A stretch of 20,000 bases of DNA from Moniliella sp. 'wahieum' (GCA_003971905.1 RSEE01000115.1:168360-188359), one strand, 5' to 3'. Counted from the stretch's first letter, positions 9,790 through 20,000 are shown. Notes: generated by a model from the sequence alone, not told the origin. Numbers and translations are program-made.

Positions 9790-10280
9790 ATGGGTCGTGT
9801 TCGCACCAAGACGACGAAGCGCGCAGCACGGGTGCTCATTGAGAAGTACTACCCCAAGCTCAATGCGAACGACTTCCACACCAACAAGCGTGTGTTGGAC
9901 GAGGTGGCGATTGTGCCCTCGAAGCGTCTGCGCAACAAGATTGCCGGTTTCACCACCCACCTGATGAAGCGCATTGCCAAGGGCCCCGTCCGTGGCATCT
10001 CGTTCAAGCTTCAGGAGGAGGAGCGTGAGCGCAAGGTATGTATTTGCTCGTCCTCGTTGTGGATGTGGATTGGTACTAACGCTTGGCACAGGACCAATAC
10101 GTCCCTGAGGTCTCGGCTCTCGACACGGAGGCCAACGGTGGTCTCGAGGTCGACCCGGACACCAAGGCCATGCTCGGCGAGATTGGCTTTGCCTCGCTCC
10201 CGGTTACTGTTGGTGCGCCCATCACCTCGGCTCAGCCCGAGCGCCGTGGTCGCAACGTTCCTGGTGCTGGCCGTCGCTAA
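9790..10280 (+). CDS. RPS17: 40S ribosomal protein S17 (eS17), 144 aa; exons 9790-10035 and 10092-10280
   Basis: [24 protein letters not shown]...[49 protein letters not shown]. The reading frame is intact after splicing. Confidence 0.98.
10036..10091 (+). other. 56-nt phase-0 intron of RPS17
   Basis: GTATGT donor, TACTAAC branch point at 10074-10080, CAG acceptor. Removal restores the conserved ERERKDQYVPE. Confidence 0.95.
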
Positions 10281-10479
10281 GTCCCTTTAATGGGCGGCGG
10301 CTGTGGCACATGGCCCCTGCAAAACAGGCCCTAACCTCTGGTGTTGGGGCTTGACTCGAATCCTATGTATGGGATCATCGATCACTATGCTTGTAGGTTT
10401 GGGTGGAAGGTGATGTTTTGAGGGAAAAAAAGTACGGGGTACATGCATGAGAAGAGCAAGAGAAGTGATGGAGAGGAAT

Positions 10480-11618
10480 TAGCGTTGAAGAGTTGGATAT
10501 TGGAAGCTTCCTCAGCAATGGTCAGGTCGATTGAATCGCCAAAGTAAGAAGGATCAGCTTCGCTGAGAGCCTGGATGCCTGCATTTGCCCATCCCGGTCG
10601 CCCAGGACATGGCACAAATACGCAGCAGGTGCAATAAAAGCCCGGTCGCTGTAATCTTCCAAGGCTTGGCGTCCCTCGCCCGCAGACCGGCCGGCACATC
10701 GGGCCACTGACGTAGGCCACGATAGGCACGGTGCATGGTTTGCAAGAGAGGGAGGATACGCTGGTCACCACTTACGGTGTAATAGCTCGAGAGACGCCAG
10801 GCAGTGCGGCATGCGTTCCACCCACAATCACCGTCTCGGTCAGACTCGAGCAGCTTTCCCCGTGGCGCAGACCAGCGGCCATTGTAGTTGGTGAGAAAGT
10901 CAGGCAACAGGACGTAGCCTTCGGGCAAAAGACTGAGTGCCGCCTGGAGCGTTGACTCGAGCACCCACTGCCACCGCGCCCGCTCGTTAGGGTCCTGTAC
11001 CACCCGGTGAAACAGGAGGAAAGCAGAGAGAATAAAGTCGCTGCTCCGAGTAGAGTTGTAAAGCTTGACGTTATCACTGTCGTCTTGGTTGGCCCAGTCG
11101 CCCAGCAAAGGGGTGCCGAGGGACGGATGGATGTTGTACCGGAGAATAGCACTGGCAAGCAAGTTGCCCTCAGTCCAGTAGGCCTGATTCGGGAACATGG
11201 GCGAGTCGAGAAACGCTTGCCGGCAAGGAAGAGAGCGGTTGCGATATCATATCTGGAAGCAGGTTAGTGGACAACTGGGTTGGCAACTGCGGCTGAAACC
11301 GAAACGTCCGAGGGAATGGGCTCACCTCCATCGGTCGCATTGTCCGTCGCATCCTCTCGACGTAGATCTCACCCGAGCCGCGCTGGCGCACCTGCCACTT
11401 CATAAGCCCATGCTCGTTCTTGAATTGGAGAAAGAAGCGCAAGAGCTGGTCAAAATCTTGCTGGTTGTTGTGGTACACGCTGATCAGCATCGCGTAGCCG
11501 TGCGCTTCCGAGCAAGTAATGCATCGCCATTTTCGCCGCTGCCATTGTAAAAGCAGTAGTTGCCGAACGGCGAGGCACGCAGGTAGCGCTGACGCCAGTC
11601 TACATAGCGTGCTTCCAT
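10480..11618 (-). CDS. Glycoside hydrolase family 8, subfamily GH8b (chitosanase / beta-1,3-1,4-glucanase type); one intron, several indels, 3' end approximate (10385-10520)
   Basis: MEARYVDWRQRYL, ITCSEAHGYAML (catalytic-acid Glu at 11508-11506), HGLMKWQ, NATDG|DMDIATALFLA, LLGDW, TRSSDF, LLPDF, ESDRDGDCGWNACRTAWR and SYFGDSIDL occur in the canonical GH8 order. Confidence 0.9.
11253..11325 (-). other. 73-nt intron of the GH8 gene, splitting the ATDGD motif
   Basis: GAG|GTGAGC donor at 11325, CACTAAC branch point, TTCCAG acceptor at 11253. Splicing joins A-T-D-G-D. Confidence 0.85.
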
Positions 11619-11984
11619 GGTGCGAAGGGTGGTGGGCCTGAGGATGGCCACCGCAAGCGGATCGGCGGGGATGTGGGTGGCCCGCCCGCCGTTGCTCAGC
11701 TGCGCGCGCTCAGCTGAGCGCGCACTGCCAGCCGTCACCACCCACCGGTGCCTGCCACGTGGCGCCAACCACCGTGCACGGCCTCATAGCCGGCGTCACA
11801 TCGGCGTTTCCACATCCATTTTGCTTTGCATTTCTTTTTCGGTCGCTTATTTTTTTTGGTGTTCGAGTCAGCTGCATCGCTTCGCCGCCGCCACCGCCCG
11901 TCTGCTGCCGCTTGCCAGCCAGCTTCGCCTGTCCTCTTGTCGGCCCTGTGTCCGTCTTGCCCCGCCTCGACGCTGCTAGCCCAC

Positions 11985-14900
11985 ATGGCCGACGACTCGG
12001 TTCCCCATCTCCTGGCCTCACTCACCGGTTTTCGAATGAGCCAAGCCCATCGTGCGTGCCTCAACGTATGCCGCCTACCCTGATGGCACCGGGGCCGCGC
12101 CGACGTGGACCCCGCCGGTCTGAAGCTGCCAGACGAGCTTCGTGCTGCTGCCCTCGTTGACGTTGCGCGAAAAGGGGGGCATGTCCTTGAAATCGTGGAA
12201 GGTGTTAGAGCACGCGTACCGCTCACATGCCGACTCGGTATACAAGGCTGTCGGCCCTCGTGCCGACATCCCCACCCTGGCTCGGGGCTTTTTACCGAGG
12301 AAGGTCCGCAGGGGCACGGATTGTGGCGAGGGGCTACGACAAGTTCTTCAACGTCAACGAAATGCCGTGGACGCGGGTACGATTTTTTCCTTCGCTCTTC
12401 CCCAAGTGGCATTGACTGACATGCAACCACCACAGACTGAGAGCCTGCAGCGCTATACCGCCCCCCCTTATTACCTCACCTTCAAGGAGAATGGCTGCAT
12501 CATCTTTGTTGCAGCTCTCACCCCCACCGAACTGGTCGTCACGTCTAAGCACGGGCTTGGGCAGCTCAACTCCAGTCTCGCCTCTGCCTCAGCCCCCGAC
12601 CCAACGGATGAAGAGGAAGCCTCACCCGACTTTTCTCAAGGCGGACTTGCGGTGTCCCATGCCCAGAAGGGTTCCGAGTGGCTTGACCGCCACCTCGCGC
12701 TGGCTAAGCGGACACGCGCCGAGCTCGCACAAGAGTTGTGGGCAAGGAAGGAGACGGCCATCTTCGAGTTGTGTGATGATGCGTTTGAGGAACACGTGCT
12801 TGCCTACGACCGGGAACATGCTGGCCTCTACCTCCACGGCCTCAATACCAATACTGTCCAATTCGCTACGTGTCCGCCAGCAGAAGTGGATGCGTTTGCA
12901 CGCCAGTGGGGGTTTCACCCCACGCGCTTCCTCACCCTCCCTTCGTTCCCTGCAATGCAGGAAGTTGTCGCCCGTGTAGCCAAAGATGGTATGTGGGAGG
13001 GTCAACCGATTGAAGGGTTTGTGGTTCGGACAACCATCCCCTTACGGCCCCTAGCATTGAAGAAGCTCTTGCCGCCGCCCCCGAAGCGGTGGTACGCCCG
13101 CCTATGAGCGGGGCCAAACATGGTTCTACAAGGTTAAGTTTGATGAGCCGTACCTCATGTACCGTGACTGGCGCGAACTGGCCCGTCGGATGCTTGCGGA
13201 CCAACAGTCCTGGGCTCAAGAATACGGCGATGATGCTCTCCGTCTGTCCAAACAGGAGGGAGGCACGCGCTACGATCCCATCCTGTCACTGCCCAGGACC
13301 TCGAGCATGCTCATGTCGAGTTGAGCCCCCCAACCCCCTTCGGCGGGAGTAGCTGGGGAAACTGGAGGTCTGTCTCGGAAGGCCGCTAAGCGACAGGCTC
13401 GTGCTCGATGGAACGCGCGGCACAGCGTCTGCATCAGCACACTGAGACCGGTGGACGACCTCTCCCAACAAAGCCAAGCCTAAAACACAGGCCGGAAACA
13501 CTCCTCTTCCTGGATTGGTGCTTTGACCAGCTCTGGGGTTCTGCGGATGGCCGCCTTCCCCACCCGAATTGTTCACCCAGTTCAACCAGGGAAAGGGCAT
13601 CATTCATCTCCGTGACGAATTCTTGGCTTATTGCGAGTCCCCCGAAGGCAAAAGCCGCTTGCAGCCCCTCCTACCTGTACCCGAATTGGCAGCAAGGGTC
13701 TTATTCCAAGGTAGCCGCCCAGGCTGTAGCCCGCCGGACCTTTTACGCATACACTTATTGTCCCCATCTCTGTCCCGGGATCGGGAAAGACGACGCTGGC
13801 ACGTGCATTGGGTGAGCTGTACCCTTTGGGCCATCCCCAGTCGGACTTGCTTCGGGGAAGAAGTCCAAGGCGGCCCAGTTCTTAGCCTTGGTCCTGGAAG
13901 AACTTAAAACGCATAAAATTGTCTTTGCTGATCGCAACAACCACCTTTTCAAGCACCGCTCTGAGCTTATCGATCTGGTCCACCAATTCGAACAGCATGG
14001 TTGGGCTTTGGACTTCGCCTCAACCCAGCCACAGAAGAAAGGTAAAAAAGTGCAACCCGCACCTACTCCAGCGGTGGAGGGACCTAAGCCGCGTGTCCGC
14101 CTTGTTGCCCTTCATTGGACTTTGGCACCTGCGCCACTGGGAGATCAAGCAGTTGATTTTCTCACGTATTTTGGCTCGGGGACAGAACCACCGACGCTCA
14201 AAGCCGACGTGACCTCTCCCAAAGCCAAGTGGAGCACGAGAGACCATTTCCTGAAAATCAAGTGGGAATAAATCAAGCCCCGAGGTTCAGCCACTCGACC
14301 TGCTTGGGTGGTGGGAGAGACCGACCCCTCGGTTCAACGAGACCCGATTGGGCTGATGCCATTTTCCACGATGTGATCCCCCTGAACATCAATTCGCCGC
14401 TGGAAGAGAATTTGGACACGCTTCTTCAATTGCTGCATTCGATTGATCCTTCCTTCTCTCCCCTCTGAAGGAGAACGGATCGCGGCGCTGCTCCATGCTC
14501 ATCAAGCTGCTTTGGGAGATAAGGATGCGCTGGCCTCCGAAGCTACACCCGCCCCCGCCCAAAAGAAGAAGAGCATGCGCCCCCGGTACTTCGGGATCAA
14601 CTTCCGTGACATGGACTTGCCAACCTTTGTTCCTCCCCTGCTCCCTGCCGATGGCAAGGAGTTCTTCGCCGACATCCAATCGCAAGGTAAGATGGTGAGT
14701 GAACCCATGTGACTCTGGTGCACCGCATTCATGTGCAGAAGGACGAGGAAGCGATACGGTACGCTGAGAAGAAAGGACTTCCCCCCCCCGACGCGAAGGG
14801 AGCAAAGCGTGGGCTCAGTTCCTTCTACACTCGAGTCTTCGCTACCCCGGAGAACCAGTTTCCCGCGCTAGAAGGATTTGAGGTGGACGTCACAGGGATT

Positions 14901-15168
14901 TTGTGGTCGGAGCGTGTGATGACTTTCATCGTAGGGGACATCCGTCACGCCACCTACCCTTGGCGCGCCAACCTTCCCTCGGACTGGGTGCCACGTCACC
15001 ATTGGCACGGCGAACGAGAAGATTGCTCCGGTCGAGGCGCGCGCTTTGGCGGCTGCTTACCCTGACCACTTGCCCGCTGGCACGAAGATGCCAAGTTCGC
15101 ACATCCTATTACGCTACAGGGTCAATTGGAGGGCATGATTGCGTAGCCAAGAAACGAAACGAACTGTG
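11985..15168 (+). CDS. TRL1: Fungal tRNA ligase (adenylyltransferase, polynucleotide kinase and 2',3'-cyclic phosphodiesterase domains); many apparent indels, 3' end approximate
   Basis: SWK, PTLARGLFT, RIVARGYDKFFNVNE, motif I KENGCIIF (12484), SKH, FELCDDAFEEHVL, LYLHGLN, EGFVVR, KVKFDEPYLMYRDWRE; kinase P-loop IVPISVPGSGKTTLA (~13757-13801), VFADRNNH, RILARGQNH; two HVT motifs of the 2H phosphodiesterase (~14706 and ~14994). Confidence 0.95.
12377..12435 (+). other. 59-nt intron of TRL1
   Basis: GTACGA donor, ACTGAC branch point (12415-12420), CAG acceptor. Joins EMPWTR|TESLQRYTAPPY in frame. Confidence 0.85.
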
Positions 15169-18143
15169 AACACCAACTAGGGGCACGGTGTTTAACAATT
15201 ATAATCCGTCGCACACTTCTTCAGCTTCAGCAGCTGCGAGTACGTAAAGAGAGATAGAACGCCAAGTCAGGAGCATCCGTCCATCCCAGGCCGGCCGCGC
15301 CCCAGTTTTAGATGGGGCCGGGGCATCATGTCCTTTGTGGTTGGCGTGGAGCAGAATAGGTGCAGCAGGTGGAGCCCGTAACCCCCGATACTCCATTGTA
15401 AACCCTTTGCCGCGGGAACTCAAGGTATGCAAGGCTGGTATGCCCGGTTCAGATCGTACTTAGTGTGAAACTCCTCTGATCGTAAACGCACATGCGAATA
15501 GTGTTATGGGCAGGCCCCGGCGGCGGACTGGAGCCCGACCCATAACTTGGGAGCGCTTTCCTTTGGAGGAGGACAGGCCATTCACAGTTAAATTGATCGA
15601 GCCTGAACACTGCTAGCAGATCCGAACGGCGCTAAAGACGAGCTCTTAGTGGCACTGGCATATGATACCTCTCAATCGGGACGTAGGTTCGCATATGGCA
15701 AAAGGCTGCCAATATTAAGTACCGGAACAAGCAGGACCAGCGTGCCTGTAGTCTGTTGTCCTGAAGGGTTGGCCAGAGGTTGACGCACAAAGATAGGGTA
15801 GGACAGGTCCTGTCTGACGGAACAACTCAACTATAGGCTTGTAGGATCCCGCAAGATCACAAAGGTAGGAGACTGAGAGCTGGAGATCGACGGCAATGGA
15901 TGCCCGGTCAAAATACTGAAAGGTCAAAAGGTGGTCCCTGGAAGCAGGTCTGAGGGACTTTTGGCGAACGAAAAGGAACAGGGGAGTTGCCTGATGATCG
16001 ATGATCAGTCAACTAACGATGGATTAACAAAGGATATTGTACAAGGACAAAAGACGAAGAAAGGAAAAGACGAAATGTCATAGTTTGGCTGATCTCCTCG
16101 CTCCATGTCTAATTTCTTCGTCCCGAGCGTCTCTCGCACCTTCTCTGCTCTTCCGCTTTGCACCATGTCCTCTGCTCTTACTTTTTCCCCACGGACGATT
16201 GCTACATCCCTTGGCCTAATCCCGACTCTACTGGTCTCCCTCATTGCCTTATCCCCGATTGTGACACACGAAATGTAGTGAACGAAGGCGACGAAGTAGA
16301 AAAGGAAAAAACGAAATGACCCGCTACGGGGAAATGCACATGGGCCAAGACGATCACAAGGGTCATATATCATGTATCATACAGGCAGGATCTATTAGGG
16401 ATAGACAACGCACGAAGAAAAGGGAAACGAATCGAGATCAGTGCCACCCCGAAAGTAACACAGACCAAGTATAGAAAAAGGTTCCCCCACTCAGCCAGGA
16501 ACGAGAGCCTCAATAAAATCAGAAATGTCCAATGTAAAGGGCAGGCTCTCCGCCCTGAGCTAGAAACGTAGAATGAATGAGGGAGAATCTCACAACGAAA
16601 ACGAAACGCTCAGATCAGGAAACTGGTGTCTTACTTAGAGCTCATTTGCGCTCAAAACCAAAGACGAAAAATAATATTGAAGTAGGATAAAACCAGGGAC
16701 TCAAAACGCTCACGATGCACGGATCACCTCAATCATCTCAGCCGCACAAAAGGGACTTTTGATCATTGATTCTAGTTGAATAGATTGATGGAAACATAAA
16801 TGCTCCATTTGGATATAATGGAGTGCATGGGTTTGTTTAACGTGGGTTCAGACAAACCATCTTTGTCACGGGCGGGCGCCGCCACGGGCCCGCCTGGGGT
16901 TTTTTGGGGTACAATCCCTTAGGCGACGGTAGGTCGACTCACGGTAGTTTCGGGCTTGGGCTGGTTGGTGAATCCGAGCAGAGCTAGGACGAGGAGAGGC
17001 CTTTGGTGAGGCGGCTGCATGTGTGGCAAGGCTGCGTCTGCACCGGCTTGGGCGTCACTGTCTGAAGCCACCGGGACTTAGGGACGGGAGGAGGCAACGG
17101 CGGACAAACACTGCCTTGACTGAGACTGGAAATCGACGCGGCCAGAGGAGGGCTCGCGCGACTGGACTGGCGGGTTTTGCTGGAGGAGAAGTCGGACGCT
17201 AACAAAAGCAAGCTGCCTGTACTGTGGATCAATTGGCTGAAAACGGGCAGGAGTCGGACAGGATAGGCGAGAGGGTAGACAAGGGGTTGAGACGAGAGAT
17301 TGACGAGAGGGTTGAGACGAGAGTGGGGACGAGAATGGAAGGTGGGGGAAAGATCCCCATCAACCAGGGGTACAGGCAGGATCAAAAGGGAAACGGATAC
17401 AAGAGGGGGGTGTAGAAAGGAAGACATGTCAAAGCGAGGTTGGTCGCCACAGGCGCGACCGAGAAAGGAAACGGAAACGGGGACGGGACGGAAGACGCCG
17501 CCACGGGACTGGAAGCTCGGTGGGCCTTATTACTTAGGCCGGCCGACTTGGGCTTGGGCGGGGGGCGACTATTGTCGCACGGAGCATTATGGCCCTTCGG
17601 CCACGATACTTAATTTAGCCAACCATCATCACACTTGGTTGGCCTTCGGAGTAAGCTCTACTGGACATGTGCGGAGCAGGCGGGCCTTAGCTTCGGTCGG
17701 ACCATCTCGAGTCCGCCGCAGCCCGTGACAATCTTAGCTTTGAGAGCCTTGACGTAGACGTAGCCTAGGCAAGGGAGACAAGGGGAGAGGATGAACTCGG
17801 CTGGATCGCCCAATCGCCGTCGCTCGTAACACGCATTAGGGAGGTCGATGGACTATATGCACTGCGCGTTCTTTATTTGACCCCCAGGAGCCATCCAAGA
17901 GTCATCACATATGTCCATGTCATAGAGGGCAAAATAGGGCAGCGTGGTCAAGACCACATTAGTATAATAGTGACTAGCGAGGGATTATCGATTATTACGA
18001 GTTGTTATACTGTGTGAGAGGACACGGCGCATCCCCGATGGAGAAGAGCGCTTTTAACATTATGGGTCCTTTCTTGTAAGTTACACCCAAAAAAGAGCCT
18101 TGCTCACAAAAAGGGCTATGTCTACGGCTAGTAGGCCAATATA

Positions 18144-18301
18144 ATGCTTACCCTTCCTCTCTCCTCTGGATCACACGTCCATTTCATTGACAGAGCTTAA
18201 GGCTGGGACAGGGGAACGCTACGTCTAAACCTAACCGTTCATCTTGCGGGGTTACTTGGGGCGCCACTAAGGTCATATGCTTACCCTTCCTCTCTCCTCT
18301 G
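18144..18301. repeat. Exact 25-bp direct repeat (18144-18168 and 18277-18301)
   Basis: ATGCTTACCCTTCCTCTCTCCTCTG occurs twice, with starts 133 bp apart. Confidence 0.9.
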
Positions 18302-19903
18302 TGTATTTGATGCAGTTCTAACAAAATGATGGTAGGTGGGAGACGCCTCCAAAAGCACAGGGAAATGAAACACTGAAGAAACAATGGGCACATCATCATA
18401 TGTAGACTCGCAAATGGATGAGTGACCGCCGCATCGTGGTGGAAGCCCACTGCACTCTTAGGACGTGCTGGTGATGAGGCTGCACACACTGGCGTGAAGA
18501 CTGTCATCGGAGAGAGAGGAGAGGTTGGCCGCCCACTCAGTAACTGAGCGTTTTTGATGGTTGTGAGAAGTTCAGGCACGTTCAGATATGATGTTGCAAC
18601 CGGCGAGAGATGCACGATGGTTAACGCTGAAGAGGTTTAGCGTTTAACGTACGTTTAACACTTATTAACGTTTAGGCCTTAGGACGTTATGAGAGGGGCT
18701 TGTCGAGCGCACATGAAAACCTTGAACAAAGACCGAGGTTAAGAACATATTGAACGAACGCGTGTATGTACATTGAATTGAGACTCATACTCAATCTTCG
18801 ATGGTGGAACACAAAACGCGGCCTCTGTAAGCTGTATCGGTTATCCACTTCCAGCTACTGAATATTGATTGAAACATCATGTCGAAGCAAAGAGAAGGGA
18901 ATGATTAATGAAGGGGAAAAGGGAGAAAAGTGAGAAGGTAGAAATGACATCTTGTGAGAGCAACACAGGATGCATATGGGCGCGTGGCTTGGCCATATGG
19001 CGTATCATATCACATGCAATCACACAGCACTAACCACTAGTCGGTCACAGTCACATGTCACACTCACTAGGCAACGGCAGCATTGTTTAATTTAAGGTGG
19101 CCTGAGGCCCTCAGAGCCATGGGAGTGGGCCGCTAGCCTGAGCGCCCACGCATATCATGCGCCATGCTGAGGCTACTGAGGCACCCCGTGCGAACATCGA
19201 GTGCACCGAGCCGAACGTGCAGACTGGTGCCGGCGGGATAGAGACATGCGAGACCCTGCGACACCTCATACTGAAACTGCGGGAGAATTTTGTCACAGGT
19301 CACCGGTCACTGATCGATGATGGATGGTCATCGTTCACCTGCCTATCACAAGATCACACGAACCACGCCGCGTCGAATTTAAGCTTTAAGCTTTACGCGT
19401 TACGCCTGCATAAGCTTTGTTTAAATGTCCGCTGTCACATACATCGCAATGTGACATGCAGGATGCATGGCAAGGAGGGGCAGTATAGATGTAGCCTCAG
19501 GCCGCAGGCAGCGCCTGGCCACCGCTGCTCAGTATGTCTCAGAACTCAGTTCCAGATCACTTTGCCTGGTTTGCAATGCTGTGGTCTTTACATGCATTAC
19601 ACGTGACGCATTACTGTCGCCTTTCGTGACAAGCCTGCCAGTATTCCTACGAGATCTGATATCTCTGGGATCTGAGCAGTGATAATACACACAGGGAAAA
19701 GTGCTAGGGGTGCAATCATTAATCATGACTGCATGACGGAAGCAGGCGATGAATATTGAATGTTTTGGCCTCACAACGTGGGGGGGAAAGCACCTCGAGA
19801 GGGGGCGCAAAGCCTGATGCACAAGTCCTTTGTAATGATCCTGGTTCCCCAGCCATGTCCTTGGTGCAGTTGCGCAACAGTAGTGAAGGGAAAACAGGAG
19901 CTG

Positions 19904-19943
19904 GGTTGAACGTTGAACCTTGAAACGTTGAACATTGACGTTA
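19904..19943. repeat. 7-bp array (AACGTT-G)n, reverse-complement family of the 3033-3148 array
   Basis: gtt g aacgtt g aacctt g aaacgtt g aacatt g acgtt. Confidence 0.8.
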
Positions 19944-19958
19944 AACCCACTGACTGAG

Positions 19959-20000
19959 GAAGAGAAGAAGAAGAAGAAGAAGAAGAACGAAGAAGAAGAA
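19959..20000 (+). repeat. (GAA)n microsatellite, running off the window end
   Basis: gaagaagaagaagaagaagaagaacgaagaagaagaa. Confidence 0.95.

Noticed and set aside
9057..10089. ORFs 9057-9443 (+) and 9622-10089 (-)
   Set aside because: Antisense shadows of the codon-biased RPS22 and RPS17 genes.
13812..13842. Possible intron GTGAGC...CAG in the TRL1 kinase domain
   Set aside because: Too short, and it reads through as ALGELYPLGHPQSD, matching the conserved GH.Q.D kinase segment.
15199..15930. Minus-strand ORF fragments downstream of TRL1
   Set aside because: No recognisable domain and the frames cannot be joined with confidence. A gene is not excluded.
16560..16760. TPP riboswitch, C/D snoRNA or telomerase RNA in the putative long intron
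   Set aside because: GCTGAGA and CTGA are present, but the TPP core (CTTGAT..GGATAATACCAGCG), a RTGATGA C box and a TAACCCTAA template are not.
16984..17728. ORFs 16984-17427 (-) and 17300-17728 (+)
   Set aside because: Low-complexity products of a strong CT/GA skew, with no homology recognised.

Overview
Eukaryotic, fungal DNA. Short GT-AG introns with CTAAC/CTGAC branch points and the ribosomal-protein sequences suggest a basidiomycete, possibly Ustilaginomycotina (inference). Many 1-bp indels, even in essential genes, suggest an unpolished long-read assembly, so CDS ends are approximate. From left to right: (1) the 5' end of a Ty1/copia LTR retrotransposon on the minus strand (putative ~160-bp LTR, GGTTAT(c)GAGCCC primer-binding site, gag-like ORF, DSGA protease running off the left edge). 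(2) About 5 kb of non-coding DNA rich in short palindromic micro-arrays. (3) A probable hypothetical gene at ~6.9-8.3 kb. (4) A compact four-gene block: RPS22/uS8 (-) and RPS17/eS17 (+) head-to-head, then an intron-containing GH8b glycoside hydrolase (-) and the tRNA ligase TRL1 (+) head-to-head. (5) A poorly defined, possibly spliced minus-strand transcript, then more non-coding DNA ending in a (GAA)n tract. The most unusual signals are a pervasive 7-bp-period repeat grammar (6-bp A....T palindrome plus one spacer base, with many different cores) seen in intergenic DNA, and a bacterial-type GH8b enzyme that has a spliceosomal intron in its ATDGD motif and no evident signal peptide.
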